From positions 310,001-374,000 of the forward strand of contig JALDZX010000017.1 in the NCBI GenBank assembly GCA_022813865.1: a stretch of DNA of 64,000 nucleotides, read 5' to 3'. Both the position numbers and the translations under genes were made by a program. This stretch comes from Xylographa opegraphella. Lineage: Eukaryota. Below the pieces are notes generated by a model. That model was not told where the DNA came from. It saw only the letters and a program-made list of their open reading frames with translations, and did not search any database. Positions 43,295 through 55,677 of this stretch are shown here, piece by piece (positions within the stretch are counted from its first letter, which is position 1; each line of letters opens with the position of its first letter).

Positions 43295-46200
43295 ATGGCG
43301 CCTCCTACACTCAATGGAGGTACTGATATGGAGAGCAATGGGTCCACTTTGAAAGCTCCCAACTCTGCTCAGCAACTACCAAAGGCTCTCACCGGGCCTA
43401 AAATGGCTGAGGGAAATCGAAAGCCCGTTGCCGTTGCCGATGATGGGTCTCAGAGGTAAGCTCATCTCGTATCGTTTACAATTGTGTAATAGTCAATTAT
43501 AATCCTTAGATACTGATTGACTCCTTGATGGTTATTATGATTGAAGACTAATGCATTATCATCGTTTCTAGACGCGCCCAGCAGCCGAAGGCTTGGACCT
43601 CAAACATCAATCCAATAACGCAACAACCGCATAATTCCGCGCAATCTAATGGTAATACAACACCAGCGAGAAGCTCATCTCATAGAAGTATGGCATCCCA
43701 AGACCCTGTCGTGTCCGATCGGAACGCAAACGATCGTCAGATGTGGGCTCTAGGCAATGCTATTGTAAGACTTTACCACTGGCATTAACACCACGTTTTG
43801 TCTGCTTATTTCTCTGTAGGGTCTTGTTGGCACCGTTGTTACAAGAAAAGGTGATGCTTTTTCAGGAGTCTTTGCTGGCGCGACGACGGAGGTCAATGAA
43901 TCCACATTTCTTTTCAAAATGGTGAGGCATTTACTAGAGCGATCCAAAGCAAATACCAATGGAATCCGCGATTGCTCGGGCGAATATGTGGGAACAGGCT
44001 TTGATCATTCAATGGTCTTCAATGCTGGCGATATAGCAGATATCAGCATAGAGAATGTACCAACCACCACCGCTAGTTTTCCGAATGGTAAGCAATTTCT
44101 TCGGCCGCTGACAACGATCATGACCAAGCCTAATGAGTAGTAGGCGCTGGACAAGGATTTCGTATCGATTCGGATATTTCTGCTAATTTTGCATCACGAG
44201 AGCGAAACCTTCAGCGTTGGGAGGCTCCTTCGTCCACCGATGTTGACATGTCACTTGAAACCAGCGGAGAGTGGGATCAATTCAAAGCAAACGAGGAGCG
44301 CTTTGGCTTGAAGTCCGATTTCAATGAAGAGATGTACACCACTAAGATTGATAGATCAGGGCCGATGTATCGCTTGCGAGAGATCGAAGCAGAAAGGAAG
44401 GTCCGCGAAATTGAAGGTGACCTTTCAAGCAATTCTCATATCAGAGAAGAACGCGGCTTGGCGATTGAGGACAATGGACACAATGAAGAAGAGAAGTTGG
44501 TAACTGTGATAGGTTTCGAAATCATCACTGACATTCTACAGATATAGCGGCGTTCGCCGGAACGGTCTTGAATACCCTCCTTTGCAGTCTAATCAGCCTA
44601 ACAAATATACTCCTCCTGCCCGTAGAGCAGCCCATGTCAAACCCGCTACTACTGGCTCTGTCGATCCAGCTATCATTTCTGCACAGATAGCTCGTCCAGC
44701 GGAGTCAACACAAATTTCCGAAGTGCAACCAGTGGTCAGGGAAAAGGACGCAACCGTAATACCTAAGGCCACTATAACACAAAAAGGGACACAGGGCCCG
44801 GTGAAAGAGGAAGAGTCAACCCTGACTGCCACGCCAGCGCCTAAAAAGTTGGACACTCAAAAAGCCGCTATTGGTGCCACGGCGACTGAGAATGTCGAGT
44901 TTAACGTTCTCGATTCTTTCCGTCAATTCAAGAACACCGAGATGATGAAAGTCCAAGATAGTAGGCGTCAACGGCAATCGGTAGACAAGGCAGTCAAGCT
45001 AAATGACCTTATGAAATTTTCCAAGAACTTTAAGCTGCTCACTCCAGTCCCAGTTGATCTGGTACCTATCCTGGCCAAGGACAAGTCAAAGCAGGACGAG
45101 ATAGTTGAGAAGGCCGAACGCAATGCTAAGACTTTGGCTGCAGCTGGGAAATCCGGTAAGCTCTCGGCTTCGACTGATCAAAAGTCATCCAGATCGCTCG
45201 CTTTAGCACGATATGAAGTCGACACCGCCGTTTCCAATAACGATCTTCACAACTCGCGCGGGCGATCGGGTCAACCAGCACAAGTCCAGCACACTTCAAA
45301 AGACCGACCACATAATATAAATGGATCTAATCCGCCTGTACGCGCTCAGCAAGGCTTGTTGAGTCATCGACTTGCGGATAGTCATCGACTTCACAAAGCG
45401 AACATGCAGACTATGCCTGCGCCAAACCCTCTCCCTATACAGGATGCGCGCCACACCATTCCCAGACCATCAGTATCGGGCAGTGGAGTTTCAAGTCCAC
45501 AAGCAATAAATGGCATGCGGAGCCCAACGTCGGCCACGTCGGCCAAATTCAACGTGAAGGCTATGGAATTCAAGCCAAATCCTGCAGCTAATGCTTTCAA
45601 ACCTGGTGTAGATCCTAGCAATGCATCGAGTCCTAGGACAGGACTCAACACTCGCTCTGTTTCTCGAGCATCAACGCCTTCGGCCTTCTTTGGAGATCGG
45701 AAGCTGATCCCACTGGACGAACGTTCTTCTATACTAGACAACTTTAATCCTATCGTATTTCTAAGTGAAGAGGCAAAAAGCAATCCTGCTACCAAAAACT
45801 CAGGCTCCAACGGGGGCATCAGAGAAGCATTTCGGACTCCACCAACGTGGAACTCGCCTAAAGAAGGTGAAGAATATAGATCATACAGAGATATGTTTGA
45901 AAAGGCACGTCCATCACAAGCCTCGGCCATGCAGCACAACTCGCCAGTCAACCCACCACTTGCTCACCAACATCAGCTTCCTCTTCATCTACAGAATGGT
46001 CCACATGGTATCCCTCAAGTTCATACTCCGCAGCAAATACCGCATCAATTACCAGCTCAATCTCATCACTACCCCCCAGGCCCGCATCATTATGATGAAC
46101 ATCATATGCGTCCCTCTGCTTCTTCTTCGTCTGTTTATCCAGCACCATCACCACGGATGCAGTCAACAAACATGGCTTATCCTTCTCCTATGAACCACCA

Positions 46201-46843
46201 TGCTCAACTTGCATACGGCCAGCCCATGCCGCAGTATGTCGTAGGTCCGAACGGACCACAGCCCACCAGTTTTAGGCAATTTTCGGGCCCTCAGATGATG
46301 GCTCCTCAAGGACCTCACCTTGCACCTATCATGGTACAACAGCCTTCCGCAGGGGCATATATGACTGTGCCACAAGCAATGCCGATGCCGTTTAATCCTC
46401 AAATGGGCATGTATCCCGGTGCAATGCCACAACCTTACGGCGGGCCCTCCCAACCACCAAGCGGTTATCCAAGCCCTGGCCGTGGTGGACACATGATGAT
46501 GCAACAGGGCTCGCATCAAGGCCAACCAGTCTATATGGCGCCCAGTCAGTATGGTCACCCTGTTTACGCTCAGCAGCCACCAGCCCATAGTATGAGTCCA
46601 AGCTCCGGGTGTTTTACACACATACTGACTTCTGACATAGTGACGCCTATGCGCGGAGGTTTCACCTCTCCACAACCTCATTACGCGCAGAGTCCATACC
46701 AGCAACAGCAATACCCCCAACATGCTCTTCGTACACCTGGCAGTGGCTATGCACAGCTCAGCCAGGTTCATCACCAGCATATGCATCCCCACCAAGGTCC
46801 TCCGCCATCTGGCCCTGTGGAATTGGGGGAGGAGCCAAAATGA
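43295..46843 (+). CDS. PBP1: Ataxin-2 homolog / Pab1-binding protein (LsmAD, low-complexity Pro/Gln/Met C-terminus), several introns
   Basis: FRIDSDIS..RERNLQRW; LsmAD WDQFKANEERFGLKSDFNEEMYTTKIDRS..HIREERG; DLMKFSKNFKLLTPVPVDLVPILAKDK; PAM2-like FNVKAMEFKPNPAA. Confidence 0.9.
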
Positions 46844-47638
46844 AGCAATGTCGGCATTGATCAAGCCAGTAACACACTGTGCCTTTGGACTCCTGCAAAT
46901 GCTCAGCTGCCATGATTTGCATCACACTTTTGCATATACCCCGGAGTCACTCTTATAATTCGCATTGGCCTGGCTGCCTCAGGATCGTTGCATCAGCGAA
47001 AGGCGTTGGCGAAAAGTCCAGGATACAACACCGCTTCGAACAGACCATGTTCGTGCATGGCGTTTCTGCCAGCCGTGTCTACTCGTGCGAAAGTGGCGTG
47101 AGTCGTGGGGAAAAATGGGCGGACCAGTCTTGATAAGCCTGGAATTGGAGGTCCCTTCTTTCCATATTATTCTCCATTACCGTATGGCAGCACTTCTGTT
47201 GCGGCAGAAGTGCTGCTTACTGTGGTTGGAAGGAGGATATTCAAGAAAAGACGGGGCAGACTTTTGGGGAACAGCAATTGAGATTGATAGATACGGTAGC
47301 TTGCCTGATAGCTGTTGGTCGTGGGGAGAGTCGTGCGTGCAATGGATGCATTACAGCAAGCCTATCAGTGCACATGAGAACAGTTTTTTTTCCAATGCTT
47401 GACGTGATCGGCTGTGAAGCGAAGACCAGCGTGAGGTGTTTAGTGCACTCATTATATACAAGACATCACTTTTAAGTATCATACGAACAATATATAAACC
47501 AGAAGAGCAGATACTTTTCCCCCTGGGCCCAATATAGGTATGTTCCCAACAAGCCTGCAACCAGACATGTGGCCCGGCCGGTTCTAGACAATTTCCCTTT
47601 CCAATCCAAGCCCACATGCAAACCACAGAATACCTCGT

Positions 47639-48938
47639 TCAAGCCTTCACATTGTATCCCACCGCCTGCAGACTCTCCTTCAGCGCCCTCAAAGCCCGGT
47701 CGACGTCATCCCTTTTGTCATCCATGATACTGACGCCCATGTGACCGAACCTGATATATTTGGTTGCGATCTCCTTGTGCAGGCCGCCGGCGAAGACGAC
47801 CCCGCGCTTTAGCAGATGGGGCAGGATCTCGGGCGGCTTGATTTCGTTGGGGAGGTAGATTGCTGTCATGCCGTTGGCTTGGTTCTCGGCTTTCGATGCG
47901 AGCTGGGACAGTCCGTAGGAGGTTATGGTGGACTTGATGTGCTGCGAGACGGCGCGGTGGCGCGCAAAGCGGTCGGCGAGGGGGACGGAGAGGATTTGGG
48001 TGAGGGAGGTGTGCAGGGCGTGTATCAGCTGCGGCGACGGGGTGGCGAAGTATGAGGGCTTCTTGGCCTCGTAGTTTTGCATGACTGTAGGAGGATGATC
48101 AGTATTCTGTTCTGAGGGTCGATGTAGGAGAAGGTCTTGGGATTCTCAAAAGCAAGAAGCACGTACTTGGAAGCCAATTCTTGAAGGATCCAAAGTATGA
48201 GCTGGGGGGTGTCCGCCGGTTCTTGAAGACCTCGATGGCACGTCCGGAGCACATCATTATGCACAGACCGGCGGGACAGCCGATAGCCTTCTGGCTCGCG
48301 GTCAGTACGACGTCAATGCCCCATTCGTCGAACTGTATTTCTTCCGACCCAACGCTGCATACGCCGTCGACGACCACGAGAGTCTCCGGGCTGACCCTGT
48401 GAACGAGTTCCGATAGAGCCTTGATCTCGCTCAGGACGCCGGTACTCGTGTCCACGTGAGTAACGGTGAGGAGCTTGTACTTCTTCTCCTTCAGTGCTTT
48501 CTCCACTTCCGGCATCTGCGGCCGATCCCCTATCGGCGCCTTAAGCTGTGTGGCCTTGACGCCGTATGTCTCGAAGCAATCGGCAAACGAGTCCGCAAAG
48601 TAGCCGGTGTGCAAGACCAGAACTTCCTCGTCCCGCTCCACAAGGTTGGCAGCAACCATGTCCCAGCCAAGGGTACCGCTCCCGGAGATTACGAAGGGTT
48701 GTGAGTCGGGTCGTACGGTCTGGAAAAGCTTGCGGAGCATTGTAAGAGTGTCTCCAAATGTATTCACAAATGGCATGCCGACATGAGACTCGCTGCGACA
48801 ATCCAGTCAGCAGAGAAGGGGTAGGCTTCGAGATACTCTAGCCACATACCTATAATGGCTCATGCTTTGGAGGACCGCATCGTCAAATTCAATGGGCCCT
48901 GGTATCAACAGAGCTGGATGTTCAAGCTGGTTCGACAT
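47639..48938 (-). CDS. AGX1: Alanine-glyoxylate aminotransferase (class V PLP enzyme), AUG-initiated form; introns ~48793-48849 and ~48085-48166
   Basis: LLIPGPIEF, SGSGTLGWD, THVDTSTGV, VVDGVCS, TASQKAIGCPAG (PLP lysine), YFATPSPQL, IRFGHMG. Confidence 0.93.
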
Positions 48939-49193
48939 ACTGCCGGTCTTTTTCTTGCCCGCGTCGATGCCTTGGGGTGTAGATCGCGTAACGGGGGTGT
49001 ATGGGATGTCGTCGTTCGTAGCAGACTGCCGCTCGGTGGAGAAGGGGGTATTGATCTGTAGGACCGGTCTCTGCTCCAGATGTCGTGAGATCAGAGACAG
49101 ACGCTGTCTTGCGCGTGGGGTCGCCAGGGCTGATGATGATATGAGGGGTCTCCTAGCTATTCCTCGGCAGATCGATGAGCGCAGTGCGGCCAG
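48939..49193 (-). CDS. Putative CUG-initiated N-terminal extension of AGX1 (presequence + PTS2)
   Basis: In frame and stop-free, with no ATG in any frame from 48939 to 49310. CTG at 49193 (ACG-CTG-G) and 49127 (GCC-CTG-G). RLSLISRHL at 49077-49103. Confidence 0.65.
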
Positions 49194-51294
49194 CGTGACA
49201 AGCTGGGGGTACAGATACAAAATGGAATTTTAGGAAGCAAGGATATTAAAGTACACAAGTGCTGGTTGTCGAGAAAAATCGTACAGAAAGACTTTTCCTC
49301 AGGATTAGGGCATTTTGCGGTGAGCCCGATTTCGCTCTCCTTCCTTCGCAGCCACAAGAGGCTGGGCCTCGAAGCCACAGCAGGGGTCCACGGCTACGTC
49401 GTATTGAAGCCGAGCACATCCTTTTCTAAGAGACCACTTGCCGTGTATTAGACGTAGATTAGAAATCGAGACCATGAGAGGCATACGGCCTTCCCGGAGC
49501 TGGTTGAATGTGGTTGTTGTGGCTAAACCGTCTTCCAGCGTCCAAAACAGTGTTTGAGAGAATTGGTGGGATATGTCTGCTTTCCAATTGACGACAGGTT
49601 ACACACTGCTATATTGTTTGCTTGGAGATCCCCTCATCAAATATGGGCTTCTTGAGGTGATTGAGAGGTGACCATGAGGTGAGAACCTTTGCTTCATAGA
49701 TGGCAGTTTTAGCGTTTCTTTGCCGTATATCCAGGTACCTGGTATTCATTTTATGAACCCCGACCCTTTTTGTATACGAATCACACGCACGGGGTTGCTG
49801 TTCCTTTGGGGATATTCTTTCGTGAGAAACTGGACAAATATCTTCCACTTCCAGTCCTATGTCCTTGCACCTACAGCATCATCCTTCGCTATCACGGCCA
49901 TCAAAACCATGCTTGGTACAAATATAACCGGCTCATAGCTGCCAATCGCGTTGGAGTTTCTGTTGAGTCGTGCTTCTCCAAGCAAAGCGTGGTCGCGCGC
50001 TCAAGTCTTTGTGGGACGTTTTATCTTTTGCCTTGACCCACAACTTCTTCCCCAGCTGCGTACTTGCCATTGGTAGGTAACCCTACCTCTGGTCTTCTCT
50101 TTCAGCGGAAGTGATTCTGTCTCGGGATCTCCCCTGCGAGGAGTTCTGCTTGAATACGTATGTTGCGAGAAGGTCGACTGTGCCTTACATTTGTATGAAT
50201 CAGTGTTCTGCTATCTTGTCAGCCTCTTCATAACTCTGTCCTCCACAGAACTCAAAAATATATGGTGATTTGGTGGTTGTGATTTTAAATTCTCAAGTGG
50301 TACAAAGAAATTTTCAAAATCTATCAGCTTCATGAGCATACAATTACCAATGGAATTCAGAGTATGAACAACATAAACTTCCATAACGTGTTTAAGCCGT
50401 CGTGTCTACGTTTCATGTCTTCAAGTTCAGCATGCAGCTAAAGACCTGTCCTGCACTCACAAACGTTCAGGAACAGTGCATATCTTACCATCCGATCCTT
50501 CATCACAGCAATCAAGTATCTCCGCACCATACCCGTGACTATCACCAATCCCAAGCTCATCAATGACGCGCGAATTGACGGCCAGACCAAAGCGGTATCT
50601 GATACTTCAAGACATACGGACTTACACTAGCTCGACAACACGAAGCGGAGCAGCTCACAGCTATGGAAGCATTCGTGCTTCCCAGCGGAGCCAGCGCCAA
50701 CGCTAGCAATCTGATACATGTCCTAGAGGAATTACACAAGCTTACCATCCGCATCGACCTCAATCTGGCAAGACGCCTTGCTACGGGAGCCCGGTGTCAC
50801 AGGCTCGCCCTTGTTCGGAACAATGAACAGCAGGAAGAAGTTTTGGAGTTTTGGAATAGAATGGAGGGTGGGGGGTTTTCGAGGTAATCAAGTGTCTGCT
50901 GGACAATTGGGTCGAGAAGGTGATGGCTGCACTAGTCTAGAAGACAGCTGGGACCCAAATTGGTTGATATGGACGAGTTTAGAAGCAAATACAAAATCAA
51001 AACAGTGCAGTCACTTCACACTACCACAACTATTGATCTCGCAAATTGCGTACCAGCTAGCCAGATGAAATGCACGAGAGGTGTTCACGCTTATTGATGG
51101 TACAATACCCACGCGGCCGAGGACCCAGATCCCAACATTTATCTCAAGTTCTCTCTTAACTTATGCCAGTCAAAAATACAGCATCGATCTCGGCTCCTCC
51201 CGTACGTTTACATGATGGGTATCGCAAAGCATGTACACCTATCCAGCCTACACCCCAGACCTGCCCCATCCTTAGCAACATCTCACACCCTTTG

Positions 51295-54200
51295 TCAGCT
51301 CTTGGGCTCCAGCTTTCTCGATGGTACAGGGCGCTTCGCCGTCTCTATGTTGCCAGATTGCTTCGCGGATGTGATTCTGATCTTGCCAATTCCGGGTCTG
51401 GAGAAAATAGACTTTTTAGCTACCTGAGACTTATCCACGGCTGACATTGAATGTCGATCTGCAGCACCTGCTTTCTTCGGTGGTGGGGGGATTGTAGGTT
51501 CACTGTTCCTAGGCGGAATCAATTCTATCGTACTCTCGTCAGAATCGGTCTCTGACTCGAATACATCGCCATTTTCTTGACTCCATCTCGTCGCTTTAAG
51601 TTTGGCCTTCCGGTTCGCTTCCATTTGATCTGCGACGTGGTGATCGACGTCATCAGTAGAAGCTGCCACTTCGCCGGCGATGTCAGTGTCGGGTCCTGGT
51701 TGAGTCACAGCACTTCCAGCAGACTGGACAGGATGTATGACCTCATTAACGATTGCAGAAGGTTTGGCAGATGTAATCGCAGTCTCGGCGCTCTTGACAA
51801 CTTCGACGTGCTTCTTTCGCAAGGAGTTCCGGTTTGGTTCGTCTGAAAGCTCTTTCGGCAACTCCGACGTATCTACAGGACTTCTCCGTGCTAGATAGCC
51901 TGGCAGTGAGCGTCTTTTCGACCTTGACTCGTTGATAGCAGGGTCTACAAGCTCAATCTCCGGTTCATCTTCCGCATTACTCTCAGATTGTTCATCGTAG
52001 TCTACTGTCAACGTTCTCCGTCCCTTGGTATTTGTTGCTGTTGATATTCTGCGGCTTTTTCTTGTACTGAATTCGTCATCATCATCCGGTGGCACTGCCT
52101 TGGTTAATTTTCGCTTCTTAGTTTCGGCTTTTCCGGCAAGTACAGCATGATTGCTGCTGGTCTGGGGAAGATCAGACGATATGATAAGGACGGATTCTTC
52201 TCGGAATGCCGATGCGAGTGCCTCAGAGTTTATGGCGCGTCGTTGTTGATCTGTGTTAAGCTCAATCTCAGCCAACCTTGCACTGGAAATATTGAGCTTG
52301 ATAATTTTCCTCTTGTCGCCTGCTTTGATTGGATAAGTGGCGACTGCGGTCGGAGTCGGCAGACCGGGAAGATCGCTTCGAACCATCGTACGATCCTTTC
52401 CCTTACGCTTCGAAGCTGTAGATGGCTCGCTATTAGCTTGCTGTGGCTCCTCAAGGACATGAAAGGGCTCTGGCTGGGTATAATGGCTGGGCTGTGGAGA
52501 TAAGGCAGGGCCAGTCGGGTCTGGGTACTCATATGAAATGCCGTTATCCGGTATAGTGAACTCTTGAGATTCCGGATTGGAGTCTCCCATAGCATATAGT
52601 GCGTCCTGCGCTGCTTTCTGGAATGGCAGACTCTCTGATGGGTGGTCAGTCATGTTTGCAATTGGCGCCCTCGCTTCCTTGCCGTTAACACGAGAAGAAA
52701 GTGGTGGTTGATCATATCCAAGGCTATTCAAGAGTGGATCGATCGGAATATCGTCGTGCTGGTCTCCATTGGTATGAGGTCGTGCTTCAGTGCTGTGAGT
52801 CATCTGAACTCCCTGATCGTCCACATAATGTTCATCCAGAGTAGGATCTCTTGACTTTGCCATTTGAGCTTCATCCTGATGTCTGCGTAGTCGTCGAGTT
52901 TCATGCGGATGATCATCCCCAGCCTTTTTAACAAAGTGTATGTTCGAATGGCTGAAGTCAACAAGACTCTCAACGCTTCGAGGATCTGCGAATTTTTTGG
53001 TGTCGTGTCCCAAAATGGTGCCTTTCGGCTCGAACGGCTTGGTCAGGGGATTTTTGCGACAACTACTACAATGACAAATCTTAAGACAACGAGGGCACTT
53101 CCAATCTGGATCTTGCATCACGGTCTGCGGCATCATGTCAAAACCGCGCCACAGTGTGCCATAGCAGAATGCTGTACCGCAACTGCAGATCGCGTGCTTC
53201 CATTTGGGACCGCGGTGAACACATATGTGGCAACTGACATTATCCTGGAGCCACTTTTCAGACCGCCTCTTCTTAGGTTTTTTCTTGACAGAGCCATCAT
53301 TATTGATTTCGTCTTCTTCAGGGGCTTCATCCACTTCTGGCTCAACATCGTCCTGGATTTGCTTCTTCGGATCGTGCCAGGGGCGAAGTTTGAGCTGCTC
53401 TTGGCAAATTTCGGCAAGAGTCTTATGTTTCAGGCGCTTTCGCTCGAACTCCAAAGTTTTCGGTAGGCTACCGACAATTCCTTCTTCGAAATTTAGAATC
53501 TGGGTTCGCCAGAGATCGTGCTTCTCTACAAGATCTTTCCATGGAAATTGCTCCACCCATTTGAATTTGGAAAGACAACGGCAACTTCGACCCATAACAT
53601 AGCACTCCATGCAAATATCATAGCTATCTTCCTCGCCATTTGCCAATGGTTCGACACAGGTAGGGCATGTTAGAAAGCGGTTGAAGATGTTGCACCGACA
53701 ATAAGAGCATGTGATGTTGCTTTCATATGGTAGGTACTGCACGCGCTTGTCGAGTGGTACGCCTGGTAAAGGCATTTCCGACAATAAGATCTGAGTATAC
53801 AGGATAAACAATCGTTTGAAGTCCTTCTTCAACTGTCGGATCTTTGAACTGTAGGTCAAGTCCAATAGCTGCTGTTCATCGGACACCGCGCGCTTCTGAA
53901 GTTCCACATACCGTAGAATATTAGAGTAGCGTTGAAGAGAGAACAAGACTATGGCCTTATTTTTGTATTGCTCGTCACGACATACCAGCCGAGCGCGCGG
54001 AAGCGCCTCATTTAATGCCATCTCCAGGGTTTCTACCGTTGTTCTATTCCATGCAGCTTTCATTGTTCTTGTGCCCCGATTCCACACTTGATGAGGAGCC
54101 AAGGGAGGTATGAGTAAGAAATCACCGACTTTCTGCTCGACGATATAAGTGGTGAACGGCGCGGCTTTCCAGGCATTTATTTGCGCAAAATGAGACTCGA

Positions 54201-55085
54201 CCTCGATGTCGTGGCCCAAAGTAGAAAGCCAATATTCAGAGACTAGGTGCCTATCTTTCGTCTCTGTCATGAACCAGATCGAAGAGCCTGGTTTGGTTGG
54301 TTTGCCGTCTTCTCCAACAAGACCGGAAGTTTCGACCATGATGTTCTGGCCGAGGCTCGCGCACATCTCTCTATGAGCAGGGGTGTACGTCCCTTCGTGG
54401 CCGATGTAGCACATCATATTCTCCGCCCGCATAGCGGGCGGCAGGCAGCTCATCAAGTCGCCAGCCCTAGCAGCACCTCTACTTTTGCGCAGACCGATTC
54501 CATGAGGGTTCTGTTCATCCGCCGATCCTGGCCCTCCAACCTCTCCAGTACTATCATTCAAGTAGAAGACCCCGGCTGGTATCTGCTCCTTCAGCTTGTC
54601 ATGCCACAGTGGAGGACAGTCAATATCTTTCAGATAGATGCGTTGCCGATTGGGTTCCTTGTAGTTGTAAGGATTCCACTGGTTCGTTAAAAGCGGCAAA
54701 TTGTTCAAGTAGTGGTTGATAGAAAGTGGCATGTTCTCTTTCTTCGTAAGATTACGGGCCTGCTCGACTTCTCACTAGTCAGTAGTTTTAAGACCAGACA
54801 CAAGCATAGAAACGTACATGTCTGGCCTACATTGTCCCTTAACCAGCGTGTTGTGAATGTCCATTTATCCAATTTATGCTGGAAGCCGTCTATGACCAGA
54901 GGCTTTCCACCGATGATGACATGTAACAAGACGAGCTTCTCGAATGCTTCCAGGCCTTGGTGCTCAATCATGTCACAGGGTATCCGCGTGACATACTCGA
55001 AATTCGGTGTGCTCTCGACGAGCGCATCGAGGTCAAGGTTGGGAGGAATTGGCTCGAAGGCTGCTGAAGGGCGTTGAGCTGGCAT
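51295..55085 (-). CDS. JmjC-domain chromatin protein with Cys-rich and zf-4CXXC_R1-like zinc fingers (DMM-1/KDM3-like); 1 intron near 54765-54817
   Basis: IYLKDIDCP, GTYTPAHREMC (HxE), IPPLAPHQVWN (distal His); CSYCRCNIFNRFLTCPTC..DICMECY; CHIC..ICSC..WKCPRCLKICHCSSC. Confidence 0.85.
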
Positions 55086-55677
55086 GACAGCGGTTGGCGA
55101 CTCAAAAAGGCTGATTGCAGTAAAGGACCACGTAATAATGGTAGAAGTCCTATCCTCAAGGTCATATGGTGCAGAACATCAACAATTCCAGAGCTTGCGT
55201 CCAAGCTACGGCAGCTAACGCCAGTGAACGGCGCCAACAATTATAACTTCTCGTAAATTAGACATCATAGTAGCCGCAGTGAAGCCGACTGCTCTCGGGT
55301 GTTGACCATGCGTATCGTAGGCGGAGTTAAGAGTTCAGAAATTGGGATATGACATGATAGGGCTGAAATTACGGAGGTGGTTGGAGCTTGAATTCACGTG
55401 ATTCTCGTAGAGGAAACACGCTCGAGCGATTCAATTTTGCGAAACGTTCCGAGATAACCAGTCCAGTGCTTAAAATGATGGACCAGCATGCAAACTTGCG
55501 AAAGGCATATCGCCCAAGCCTTCAATCTCTCCCTGATGATTTTTTTGACAGCTAATCAAAGCGACACTGCCGTGATGCAGCTGCTTCGAGGTCCTCACAA
55601 AGACCGAGTTTGAATGAATTCAGCGCTTGCGTTTTTCAACCCCGTTTTTCGCATCCAAGCACTATTGTGTTACAAGA

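Noticed and set aside
49305..49313. ATG upstream of the AGX1 extension as its true start
   Set aside because: Reads ATG-CCC-TAA, an immediate stop; at most a 2-codon uORF.
50500..50887. Protein-like fragment (YGLTLARQHEAEQ...EFWNRME)
   Set aside because: Interrupted by a stop upstream with no recognisable family; possible pseudogene but unsupported.
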